This document shows, in pieces, positions 33,701 through 46,204 of a stretch of 64,000 nt of DNA. The position numbers and the translations under genes are program-made. The notes below the pieces were generated by a model. It had not been told where the DNA came from, made no database searches, and worked only from the letters and a program-made list of their open reading frames with translations. The stretch spans positions 53,320,001 through 53,384,000 of the forward strand of contig NC_043010.1 in assembly GCF_006345805.1 (NCBI RefSeq). Direction: 5' to 3'. Position 1 is the first letter of the stretch. Every line of letters begins with the position of its first letter. This DNA comes from Octopus sinensis. Taxonomy: Eukaryota.

Positions 33701-34047
33701 GTGTGAGTGTGTATTTGTTGGAAAAAAAATTATTTTTATTTAATTTTTTTCTTTTGGTAATTTGCGTTTATTATTGTTTTTGATGTATTTTTTGTTTTTG
33801 TTGTTCATACTGCAACTGGTTTTATTGTTGTTATTGTTGTTGTGGTGGTAGTGGTGGTGGTGGTGGTGGTTATTATTGTTCTGATTTTCATCTTCTTATT
33901 AATTTCAGCCTATTTTCTAAACATGCGATTAATTTATCGATTTTTTTTTTCTCTTCCAATCGAATATCGATCTTTCTCACTCGTTAATGTCGAAAAAAAA
34001 AATGCTTGTTTGCTTCTAGTTTTTTATATCATTTTTTCTCTTTTAGT

Positions 34048-34052
34048 TACTA

Positions 34053-34121
<69 letters not shown>

Positions 34122-34126
34122 TATTA

Positions 34127-34196
<70 letters not shown>

Positions 34197-34222
34197 TATT
34201 ATTATTATTATTATTATTATTA
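34048..34222. repeat. (TAT)n-(CAT)n-(TAT)n microsatellite
   Basis: Direct inspection; source of ORFs 33842..34294 and 34006..34308. Confidence 0.97.
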
Positions 34223-34516
34223 ATTTCTTTCCTGGTTGTTTTTATAAAACACGTTCACACACACACGCACACACACACAGATGCGCAAACTTAAACGCAC
34301 ACACATAAATTCAGAAGCCACACAACCACACGTTTATCCAAATCCCAATAAAAAAAAAAAAACATACCAACATACCAATACTAACAAACACTGACTACAA
34401 CCCTTCTCTTCCCCAGCAATAACTTACTCTTCACCCAAGCCTTCCTCCCTATGCTTCTCAAGTTAGCTTTGAGTCTATTTATGCATACGTGTGTGTGTAT
34501 TTATGTGTGTATGTGT

Positions 34517-34923
34517 GTAGGCGCAGGTGTGGCTGTGTGGTAAGATGCTTCCTTCCCTTCCTACATGGTTCTGGGTTCAGTTCCACTGCGGGGCACCTTG
34601 GCCAAGTGTCTTCTACTGTAGCCTCCAGTCGAGCAAGCCCTTGTGAGTGGATTTGGTAGACGGAAACTACAAGAAGCCCGTCGTTATGTGTGTGTGTGTG
34701 TGTATAGGCGCAGCGTAGTTGTGCGGTAAGACGCTTCCTTCTCTTCTCACATGGTTCCGGGTTCAGTTCCACTACGTGGCACCTTCGGTAAGTATCTGCT
34801 ACTATAACCTCCAGCCGACCAAGCCCTTGTGAGTTGATTTGGTAGACGGAAACTAAAAGAATCCCGTCGTATATAGATATACGTATATATATATATATAA
34901 TATTATATATATATATATATATA

Positions 34924-34965
<42 letters not shown>

Positions 34966-35085
34966 ATATATATATATATATATACATGTATGCATGTGAG
35001 TATGGTGTACGTGTATGGTAAGACGCTTCCTTCCACATGGTTCCAGGTTCAGTCCCACTGCGTGGTACCTTGAGCAAGTGTCATA
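34517..35085 (+). mobile_element. Three head-to-tail 5' halves of family A SINE
   Basis: Heads at about 34517-34683, 34706-34870 and 35010-35085, each stopping at or before the central microsatellite. Confidence 0.85.
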
Positions 35086-35495
35086 CACACACACATATAT
35101 ATACGTAAATGTCGAACGATGAAAGTAAGTGCATCGGTGGATAAAATTTCTTTATTTGTGGATTAAGGATACCATTGGTTTCCTGTTAAGAGAAACAGGA
35201 AAATATCTTAATATCTAGACAATTATTCAAGCCGATCATATGGCGGAATGGTGTTCGTCTCCATTTTGGATAAACACAAAGTCTCGTTGTATTCGCGGAG
35301 ATTCTCGTAAAGAAAACAAATCATATATGTGTGTGTGCGTGAGTGTGCGTGTGTGTATGCGCGTGTATTTATGATATATGCTATATTTATATATATGTAC
35401 CTATTATATATATGTGTGTGCGTGCGTGTGTGAATGTGTGTGTGTATGTATGTATATGTGTGTGTGTGTATGTGTGTGTGTGTGTGTGTGTGTGC

Positions 35496-35538
<43 letters not shown>

Positions 35539-35760
35539 TGTGTGTGTGAATAAGCATGTATGTCAATTTATCTGTAAAATTATATATCCTTTCTCTCCGG
35601 GAACTTTTTGATATCACCACATATATGACCGTGAAATATCTGATATTTACTCTTATTAGAGGTATTTAGTAAAAATAAGAGCGAGCCTTACAAAGACAGA
35701 AAGCGTATGAATCTAAAAGAAAAATAGACGTATACAAACATGAATATTACACACATATAT

Positions 35761-35814
<54 letters not shown>

Positions 35815-35870
35815 ATACTTATTATATATAATATATATATATATATATACATACTTATATATATATATAT

Positions 35871-36050
35871 AGTCAATTCAACTAAACAATTCAAATAAAC
35901 GAGTAAAATTAGTGGACAACAAGAGGATGTGCACAAGGAATGTATTAGCTTAACGCTCAGTGAAAAGTGTTTGACGTTTCGGATATCGCTCTTTGTCGGA
36001 AAGGGGAAAGGGAAAAGTCCAAAGAAAGAAACGAAATAGCCAACACCAGA
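35871..36050 (-). mobile_element. Family H copy 3 (decayed minimal hammerhead-like motif)
   Basis: Minus strand: TTT-CCGACAA-A-GAGC-GATA-TCC-GAAAC-GT-C-AAAC at 35969-36003; ends aattgactatata. Confidence 0.55.
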
Positions 36051-36519
36051 GAGAGAGGAAGAGAGAGAGAGAGATAGGGAGAGAGAGACAGACAGACAGA
36101 AAATATATATAGATATATAAATATTGAGAGATAATTATGATACGTTTGTTTAAGTGATTACTGATAAATAGAACATATGTAAAAATAGATATTGAATTGT
36201 GTACACAGCCAAAAACAAAGACCATCGTTTAATTATCATTGTCGAGATACAGAGCGTATCGCAAAAGGTCCTTGACTCGTTTACGGAAAACGACTTCCAA
36301 GTCGGATTCGAAAAGTGACAGAATTGCTAGGATTGGTGTATTGTTGCGTAAGATGACAATTTCGAAGGAGATTATGTTAAAAATAAGTTTTGTTTTTTTT
36401 ATTATTAAGCATAACTAATCCGGGAACATTTTGATACCACTGCAACATCGATATTCCTTCCTCTGTCTGTGAAATCTTGTATCCCTGCCGTAAAACTTCA
36501 TTTCCATATACACCAGCTT

Positions 36520-36830
36520 AATTTAATTCGTCCTTAGTGGAAAGACACCTGTTGTTATGTCCTGTATGTTTTCTTTCCGTTTTTCTATACATTCGCTGCT
36601 TTCTTCAAAGGAATCTAATGCTCTTAGCTTAGTTTTTCCTTGGGGCTCTCCAGATTGGAGCAATCTCAAGTATAACCAGCCAAAATTGTAAAAAATATCT
36701 GGAACTCGACTGAGGAAAAAACTTTGAATGACCTGTCTTTGTTTTCTTTGTATTGTCTATCTGGATGTTTTATCCATTTTTTGTATCACCTAACTGTCTG
36801 GATCTTTTGCGTCCCATTTTGCATATATAT
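36520..36830 (+). repeat. Unclassified interspersed repeat, homologous to 15290-15530
   Basis: Shared sequence blocks, ending at (TA)n. Confidence 0.75.
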
Positions 36831-37054
36831 ATATATATATATAAATTTCTTATGTTTATTCGCATATACAACAACCCCTGTTGTTAACCGTGAACTATAA
36901 ACTTACCTCTTTTCGGCTTATCGTACTTCGATACGGGAAAAATTCACAACCAGCGCAAATAAAACACTGTTGCTCCTGGAAGTTGTTTTATCTTCTACGG
37001 ATTGTTGCTTGAAGCTCACTAACTTCCTACACTTTGATCCTTGGATCTTACCTA

Positions 37055-37088
37055 CATATAATATATATATATATATATATATCATATA

Positions 37089-37169
<81 letters not shown>

Positions 37170-37292
37170 ATAATATATATATATTTATATATATATATAT
37201 ATAATATTTATATAATATATATATATAATATATAATATTATTTATATATATATATATATATATATATTTATAATATATAATATATATATATA

Positions 37293-37340
<48 letters not shown>
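37055..37340. repeat. Degenerate (TA)n tract
   Basis: Direct inspection. Confidence 0.97.
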
Positions 37341-37342
<2 letters not shown>

Positions 37343-37666
37343 ATTTATTTCCTGGACCATGTTTCTAACTTTTTTAACAAACGTTTTTTTTTTGCTGCCG
37401 ATAAAAAAATGCTCTTGCGCGGTGGACTTAAAAAATTACAATGTATAAGCAAGAAGCACATACTGGATTTGCCTCGTACTTTTATGTTTGATCTTGGCCG
37501 TACCTACTAATGAAGACTTCGCCTAGTAAATTATTTCCTTTGCTAAAAAAAAGTTAGAAACTATGGCCAAGATATAGATGGTAAGTGTTTTTATTTTTCA
37601 TTCCGTACGAGTTTTTTATCCCTAATAGTGGTTTGGACTTTAGCTGTTCCTTCTAGCATGAAAGGA

Positions 37667-37669
<3 letters not shown>

Positions 37670-37721
<52 letters not shown>

Positions 37722-37881
37722 TGTATGTATATATATAATGTATATATATGTATGTATATATATAGATGTATATATTATGTATGTATATATACATATGTAT
37801 ATATATATGTATATATATATATGTATTATATATATATATGTAATATATATTGTATGTATATATATATGTATGTTATATATG

Positions 37882-37958
<77 letters not shown>

Positions 37959-37967
37959 ATTATATAG
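37670..37967. repeat. Degenerate (TA)n/(TATG)n tract
   Basis: Direct inspection. Confidence 0.97.
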
Positions 37968-38018
37968 GTAGAGGCTAAGAAAAGCAACAACAGCTATTGT
38001 TTATGCTGCTTAGACATC

Positions 38019-38338
38019 TTCAGTCATGACTGGCCATGGGATTGCACCTAGAAAGTTACCCTCCCAGGCACAAGTCCGGGCAAGGTTGTTTATGGAAGAC
38101 CAGCAGTTACCCATGCATACAGGCCTCCCCTCTCCACACCACCAGTGTTATCCAAGGGAAAGGCAAAGGGGCTGATACACCTTGGCACTAGTCACGTCGC
38201 AACTCATTTCTACAGCTGAATGAACTGGAGCAACGTGAAATAAAGTTGTCTTGCTCAAGAACACAACACGCAGTAGGGTCCGGGATTCGAACTCACGATC
38301 GTAAGCTCGACGCTCTAACCACTGCGCCACGCGCCTTC
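38019..38338 (-). mobile_element. CORE-like SINE family B
   Basis: Reverse complement of the family B consensus. Confidence 0.88.
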
Positions 38339-38778
38339 GCTTCCTCACTATCGTACCATTAAACAACATTATGATAAAAAGAATATGAAAATCATATTTT
38401 CAACTATATTTTCGAAATATGGATTTTCTATTACAAAAATATCCTTCAGAATATGATTCTCACATCATACGTTGTTGCACATTTTTGTCAGATAATTATC
38501 TACAGTAATGATACGTCTGGATTACTGAAATGGCTGTGGGAAATGAAGTTTTGAAATATTGATATTGTTTGTCATCACTTTTTTTTTGCTCTGTAAATAT
38601 ATTTTGCTCTACCCATTCGTTATAGCTGTCTACAAAATATATGCAACATTCTGCATTGTACTCTGAGGAATTTCTGAAATTTCGGTATTCAAATTGTTAT
38701 AAATTGAGGTTTACTTTTACAGTTGTTTATTGTGCATAAACACCAAGTCGGAAAGTTCTAGGCATATATGTATGCATA

Positions 38779-39112
38779 TGAGGGCGCATGGCTCAGTGGT
38801 TAGAGCGTCGAGCTTACGATCGTGAGGTTGTGAGCTCGAATCCCGGACCGGGCTGCGTGTTGTGTTCCTGAGCAAGACACTTTATTTCACGTTGCTCCAG
38901 TTCCCTCAGCTGTAGAAATGAGTTGCGACGTCACGAGTGCCAAGCTGTATCGGCCGTTGCCTTTCCCTTGGATAACACTGGTGGCATGGAGAGGAGAGGT
39001 GGGTATGCATGGGCGACTGCTGGTCTTCCATAAACAACCATGCCCAGATTTGTGACTAGGAGGGTAACTTTCTAGGTGCAATCCCATGGTCAGTGTCGTG
39101 ACCGAAGGGGTC
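38779..39112 (+). mobile_element. CORE-like SINE family B, inverted relative to 38019-38338
   Basis: tgagggcgcatggctcagtggttagagcg...ccatggtcagtgtcgtgaccgaagggg. Confidence 0.9.
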
Positions 39113-39124
39113 CCGGATCCCGGA

Positions 39125-39360
39125 TAAGCACGGATATATAATCTGGAGACTTAAAAACGAAGGGACCAATTTCCGTATGAAATGGAGAATCCTTTCTAAA
39201 TCTAGGCCTTCTATTAAGGGATCTAGAAAATGTTCAGGGTGTTCGCTTGAAAAACTATCTATTAAAACACTTGAGAACACCCAACGAATATATAAATTCG
39301 AGGAACGAGATTTTTTTCTTTTCAACAAATACATCGTGTCGGAATTTAAAAGTAGACCAC
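39125..39360 (+). mobile_element. Penelope-like element ORF C-terminal remnant (GIY-YIG endonuclease end)
   Basis: Translates YIIWRLKNEGTNFRMKWRILSKSRPSIKGSRKCSGCSLEKLSI, then a frameshifted RNEI; matches the PLE IWxLKxxxxxxxIKWxIL...KxCxLCxxEK...RNEI pattern. Confidence 0.75.
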
Positions 39361-39624
39361 CGGACAGTTAGTAAACTATTAATATCGAATTATTGTAACG
39401 TGGATTATCTTCCATGTGTGTGTGTGTTTTTTTCCCCTTTTGTCTTCATTGTTACAAGCAATTTTTGTTTCGGTGGTATAAATTATTATTTCGACCAGAA
39501 AACCCTGGGTAGCTATTTGCAACACCTGTGGTTTTTAATTTAAGATTATCTTTCCTCTTTTAGCTGATCAACTGCTTTTCTAATTGTTGAAGCATTACCA
39601 CATAATATCTACATACACACACAC

Positions 39625-39681
<57 letters not shown>

Positions 39682-40382
39682 ATAGATAGATAGATAGATA
39701 GATAGTCTGTGGCCATGCTGGAGCACTGCCTTGAAAAAATGTACCCCAGGTGAGATATTTATCTATGGTTATTTTATGTATTTACATTATAGACGTGTGT
39801 GTGAGTGTATGTGTAGTTATGTATGATATTTACTCATGTATAATATCGAAAATTTGAATATAAACTAATGGAGAACAAACTGAAACGGAAGTAATATGCT
39901 CGTGACTACAGAAATGTAAACGAGTGCTACAAAAATGCGTAGACGGAAGCCCCCGAGACATCTAACGACTAATGTATACAATTTATTGCCCGCGGTTGCG
40001 AAACATCATATGAGTAATGAATATATCTAGCAACAAATTGCTATTTGTGTCACCATGTTGATGTCATATGGTTATAGATTTACTTGTTAAAGCGAATATT
40101 TGATTTAAACTATTGCAGTTTAAAATACGAAACTTTCGTTCTTGAGCTGTGCTAGTATTGAAATAAAATGTTCAGTCTAAAACCCTAAATACTAGAAGTA
40201 TGGATGGGCAAAGAGAGACATATTGATTATAGAGCAAAACATAAAGTCATAAAATAAAAGGACATTATTGATTTTTAGTAAGAAAAGGTCGAGCTTACAA
40301 TATATTCCAGAATGTACTGTCCTCAATTAATTATAGTGTATATGATTTTACACACATCTATAATTTTGCATACATCTATGTA

Positions 40383-40792
40383 TCTTTTACTCTTTTACTT
40401 GTTTTGGTCATTTGACCGTAGCCATGCTGGAGCACCGCCTTTAGTCGAGCAAAGTGAGCCCAGGACTTATTCTTTGTAAGCCTAGTACTTATTCTATTGG
40501 TTTCTTTGCTGAACCGCTAAGTTACAGGCACGTAAGCATACCAGCATCGGTTGTCAAGTGATGTTGGGGGGGACAAACACCGACACACAAACATATACAC
40601 GCACATGCATATATATATATATACATATATACGATGGGCTTCTTTCAGTTTCCGTCTACTAAATCCACTCACAAGGCTTTGCTCGGCCCGAGCCTATAGT
40701 AGAAGACACTTGCCCAAGGTGCCACGCAGTGGGACTAAACCCGGAACCATGAGGTTCGTAAGCAAGCTGCTTGCCATACAACCACTCCTACA
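40383..40792 (-). mobile_element. CORE-like SINE family A, full length
   Basis: tcttttactcttttacttgttttggtcatttgac...ccatacaaccactcct. Confidence 0.9.
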
Positions 40793-40822
40793 CCTATATG
40801 TGTTGTGTAGTATATATATTAT

Positions 40823-40865
<43 letters not shown>

Positions 40866-41296
40866 TATATATTATAATATACAACATACATATTTATATA
40901 TGTATATCTCACAGCACGCATAGTATATGTGTGCGCGCATACATATATGTGCTACCAAGAGCATGACATGCTTTTGGCAATAACATGTTCTTTTATACAC
41001 ACCTCTTCTACATGCTATAAATATATGTGTGTGTGTGTGTATGTGTATACATACATATATACATACATACATATGTATATACAAAATATGGGAGTTTAGT
41101 TCACAGGTGATCTAAAGGTCAAGGTACGCTAGGTCAGTGCTGTAACAGATTACAAGGGCTCCAAGATTATAGCCGAGACGGTATATATCCGATGCAGCGG
41201 ATATATAATTGTTAAAGAGGACAACAAACGATAAAGCACGGCAAACATCAAAAGTCATATGCATTATTATTGGAAATAATATATATATATATATAT

Positions 41297-41514
41297 GCAT
41301 TCAAAATGTGACCGCGTGTGTACCGTTGGCGATTTTTTTCCTCCGTCTTTCCTTCCTTGAACCTTTCCTTTTCCAATGTTTCTGACGAAGAGCTCCGCTC
41401 GAAACGTTAAATCCTCCTTCTTTCTTTCCTTTCTTGAGCGTCCAATAACACTATACTTGTTCCACGTCCTCGCATTGTTGTGTTTTCTCTTTGTGTTTTC
41501 ATGTTTGGATTAAC
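41297..41514 (+). mobile_element. Family H copy 4, flanked by (TA)n on both sides; best-preserved minimal hammerhead
   Basis: GTTT-CTGACGA-A-GAGC-TCC-GCTC-GAAAC-GT-T-AAAT at 41378-41412; ends ggattaactatata. Confidence 0.7.
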
Positions 41515-41533
41515 TATATATATGTATATTATA

Positions 41534-41577
<44 letters not shown>

Positions 41578-42193
41578 CATACATATATATGTCATACATA
41601 CATACATACATACATACATAAATAAATACATACATACATACATAATACATACATACATACATAAATACATACATACATACATACATATATACTATACATA
41701 TATATATACACATATACACATAGATTGATAGACAGATTTAATGAGAAACTGTCTCTTTCATTATATATACATGTGCCTCCTCTCTCTCTCTCTTTCTCCC
41801 CCCCCCCCACCTCTCTGTAGTAAAATACAAAAAAATTATCTGAATACAGAGCGATATGTCTTCGAACAAAAAAAATAATAGTATTTACTAGAAGATGCAT
41901 TGCTATAGAATTTTGAGGAATAAATAAATATATCATATTAATGCTATAAAAAATAGATAAAATTATAATAATTCTGTCACCTCTATGTTACATGTTAACA
42001 TAAAATTTCATAGATTCCAGCTCTTCGGGTTTTGTCACTGTGTCTTTACATCATGTGATTTTGCTGGCATGATTGTATGTACAGTCTCAAATATTCTGGG
42101 TGAGGAAATTTCGAACTGGATTCTCACAAGTGCAGTACGTTTGCAGAAATACATCTTCTTTCGCAGCTTGAATAATACATATGTTCATATGTA

Positions 42194-42241
<48 letters not shown>

Positions 42242-42296
42242 TTATATTATATATATATGTGTGTGTGAATGTGTGTGTGTACAAATATATATCTTT

Positions 42297-42445
42297 TTAT
42301 TCTCTTGTTTCAGTCATTTGACTGTGGCCATGCTGGAGGACCACATTGATGGGTTTTAGTCGAACAAATCGACCCCAAGACATTTTAAGGACTTTTTTAA
42401 AGCCTGGTATTTATTCTATCGCTCTCTTTTTCCAAACCGCTAAGT
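42297..42445 (-). mobile_element. Family A SINE 3' fragment
   Basis: cttgtttcagtcatttgactgtggccatgctggag...aaaccgctaag. Confidence 0.75.
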
Positions 42446-42566
42446 TTATGTATATGTATGTATGTATGTGTGTATGTATGTATGTATGTTTGTATGTATG
42501 TATGTATGTATGTATGTATGTATGTATGTATGTATGTATGCATGTATGTATGTATTTATGTATGTA

Positions 42567-42857
42567 TAGAGCAATAAGAAAATGGAGGGGATCAACTTTT
42601 AGACATTATATTATGTTAACTTAATTATTTAATTACTAAAATAACAATTTTAACAATATACATCCATGTATAACATATTATGCTTACATATATGATATAT
42701 TGATATCTTTATATATTATATATGTAAAGCATAATATGTTAAACATGTATGTATATTCTTGTAATTGTCATTTTAGTAAATAAATAAATAGACATAATAA
42801 AATGTCTAAAAGTTGGTGAATACCACCTCTTGATCCCCTCCATTTTCTTATTGCTTT
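42567..42857. repeat. About 290-bp palindromic element, same family as 22790-23136
   Basis: gcaataagaaaatggaggggatcaa-cttttagacatt... pairs with ...aatgtctaaaag...ttgatcccctccattttcttattgc. Confidence 0.88.
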
Positions 42858-43465
42858 ATAAATTAATGGTAAAATATCTCTTTACCTTCACCCATTTAGT
42901 ACACTCGGTAATGTAATTGCAATGCAATAAAAAACACTTGTGTATTAATAATTGGATATTCTACTAGCAGTATTGGATAGATATTATCCCTAGTTGGTTG
43001 ATTCACAACCTCTAACATTCTTGGAATATATATATCTATATATATATATAATTATATATATATATATATAAGATACTATATATATATATATATACGCACA
43101 TTTATATATGTAGATGTGCAGGTATATTTTTATATAAAACAAAATACATAATATTGCAAAATTACCATCAATATTATGCGATACTACAGATGTTTCATAA
43201 CTAAATCGTGCATTAGAATACACACACAACTGTATACAGATAAACGTATACACTTGTAGAGTGTTGTTATAGATGTATATATATATAGAGAGAGATAGAC
43301 TCAGAGACAGAGAGACAGAGATTCAGATATATACATTGCTATTATTTACAGCTTTATCTGCCTCGAGATTCACCGAATCACCATTTTTACATGTTTATAA
43401 AGCCTGACGTCAGCAATATACATTAAGATGCTTGTGTGTATGTATACGTGCATGTGCACACAAAA

Positions 43466-43505
<40 letters not shown>

Positions 43506-44083
43506 GCATTGTGAGAGTATATCTATATCTATACGGGTGCGTATGTGTATAACAGACACACAGACAGTATGAGATTTGAAATGCAATTTTATATTTACAT
43601 TTTTAAAAACTAGTTTGAGAAAACATGCTCCTTTTATAAAAAAAATAATTCTGCTAATTAACATAATTTCCTTAATTTAATTATTTTTCTAATCAGTATC
43701 TTGTCCTAATGTCTGACGCAGTGCCTTGGGGCTACGCTATATTCGTAGGTTTTCTGTTTAGGGGTTTAAAAGAATAAATTGCATGCACGTATATTCACTC
43801 GCTTTTGTACGTCCGTTACACATGTATGGAAGTACACATGAACAGAAATAGATCCATTCACATAATTCACAGACACAAGGTCGCACATATATATAGACGT
43901 ATAAATATACCTTTCACTTAAAGACTCATATATTTTTAAAACACATACAAGCACGAGTTCGTACATCCATCCATCCACCTACCCATCCATCCATCCATTC
44001 ATCCAGACATACATACATACATACATACATACATACATACATACATACATACATACATACATACATACATACACATACATAGT

Positions 44084-44260
44084 AGGCGGTGAGCTGGTAG
44101 AAACGTTAGCACGCCGGGCGAAATGCTTAGCGGTATTTCGCCTGCCGTAACGTTGTGAGTTCAAATTCCGCCGAAGTCGACTTTGCCTTTCATCCTTTCG
44201 GGGTCGATAAATTAAGTACCAGTTACGCACTGGGGTCGTGCGTAACTAGTACTTAATTTA
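44084..44260 (+). mobile_element. Meta-like SINE ending in a fold-back
   Basis: aggcggtgagctggtagaaacgttagcacgccggg...; 44208-44260 is taaattaagtaccagttacgca-ctggggtcg-tgcgtaactagtacttaattta. Confidence 0.88.
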
Positions 44261-44269
44261 CCATTGTTG

Positions 44270-44944
44270 ATTACTTTTCACTGTGTAGCATGGATCCCCA
44301 TCTTCCATGAATAAAAACTAATTTTTCGTTATGTTATCGTGTGAATACATCGGAAATGGTTCCTGCTTAAGTATTTCAATGTATTTTTTAGAGTTTATGG
44401 TTCCAACACATTCGATCAGCTCAGAACGACCATTGCTGGTGATAGTTCCCCATACCATTCCAGAGATACCTGCATGTTTCACAGTTGGTTGGAATCGTTT
44501 CAAATCAAATTCTTGATTGGGAAGCCACCAGACCCAAACACGTCCGCTGTCTGAAAATAATGCAAATCTGGATTCATTTGAGAAAATCACTCTATCCCAA
44601 AATGAACTGGATTTTTCTGACATCTCCTGTACATGATATTAATTGGGTGAAGGAGAGGTTTTCTTCTAGCTGCTCGTCCATAATACCCAAGCTTATGCTG
44701 ATATGTAACACACGCTCTTGGACTAACTTCTAGCTTCCTTTCTGAGGGCCCAGGTCGGCCAGGACAAGAATCTGTTGATTCTTTTCCTTGGCTTTTGAAT
44801 TGCACTATAATTCTATTAACAGTGGCAAGAGGAATTTGAAGATTTTCGGCCAATTTTTCGCTGGTTAAGACCAGCATCAGATTGCCCAACAATACGACCT
44901 CTTTGGAAATCTGACAGTTCAGTTGAATTTCTTGTGTGTGGCAT
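44270..44944 (-). pseudogene. Tc1-family transposase pseudogene, 3'-truncated
   Basis: From ATG at 44944: [20 protein letters not shown]..., then [15 protein letters not shown]...GRP (HTH) and [12 protein letters not shown]...TVKHAG...MVWG...KYIEIL (catalytic domain); frameshifts, first Asp changed to Asn, truncated before the third acidic residue. Confidence 0.9.
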
Positions 44945-45144
44945 GAGTACTCTTCGCAAATATTTAATATAATGGCACCTGGAATGAAAAAAAATAATTA
45001 CATTATAAATTCTACACCACTGAAATCATATTAAGATGCTTAGATCAGAAGAGACAGCGAATCCGTTGCTCTAACCCCTAGGCCATGTGCCTCCGTATGT
45101 ATATATATATATATATATATGAGTGTGTGTATGTGTGTGGTGTG

Positions 45145-45177
<33 letters not shown>

Positions 45178-45242
45178 TGTGTGGTGTGTACATACATATA
45201 TATACAATGCCGACCGCAACATATGTTATATGTATAATAATA

Positions 45243-45304
<62 letters not shown>

Positions 45305-45690
45305 AACTGAAGAGTGAATGCATAACTCTGTATGCATCAATGCATGTTTGTGTTTCTATGCATGCATGTATATTCCAGAATGTAGTTTTTCACTTTGATT
45401 ACTGATCGCTTGTATAGATGTATCATTCTTTAAAGAAGGTCATAAGTTGTTTAACGTCTGAATTAGGTTTCTCCACGTTTTTTTCTTTTTCTTTTTAGTC
45501 ATTATCGTTATTGTTGCTATTAACCCCTATAGAAAACCTAAGAATATTGCATGCCCTCAAGGTTCTATATCACAAAAGTTACTGATTAAAAAATTAATTC
45601 ATTTAGTGTAATTATGTTAATTAATAAAGTATCTTTCCTTAGAGTAGATTCTTTTAAATGTCAAAACAAAATTTCACTACATATATATAT

Positions 45691-45721
<31 letters not shown>

Positions 45722-45780
45722 GATTTGTATATTTGTTATATATTTGTATATTTGTATGTGTATATATATTAATGTATATG

Positions 45781-45832
<52 letters not shown>

Positions 45833-46204
45833 ATGTGTATTTGTTTGGTGTGTATATGCGTGTGTGTGTGTGTGTGTATTTGTTTGGTGTGTATATGCGT
45901 GTGTGTGTTTGTGTGTGTGTGTGAGAGAGAGAGAGAGAGTGCGTGCGTAGTCGGTGAGAAAACTCTAGTACAAGCGTGTAATATATAAGCCGAACTGTGC
46001 TTGAAATGGTCAGATTCTTAACATCCAACTACCTAATCTTGTTAAAAAAAAAAAAAAGACCCTCAGAACATGTGTTGACTGTAAAAAATACATATCTCAA
46101 ATGGGCAATATATAGATAAAAAAATATACAAACAATTATACACGGCCGTAATTCATTTGATTCAGAAATTACATATGTATATTCAGAACACACAGTGAAA
46201 AATA

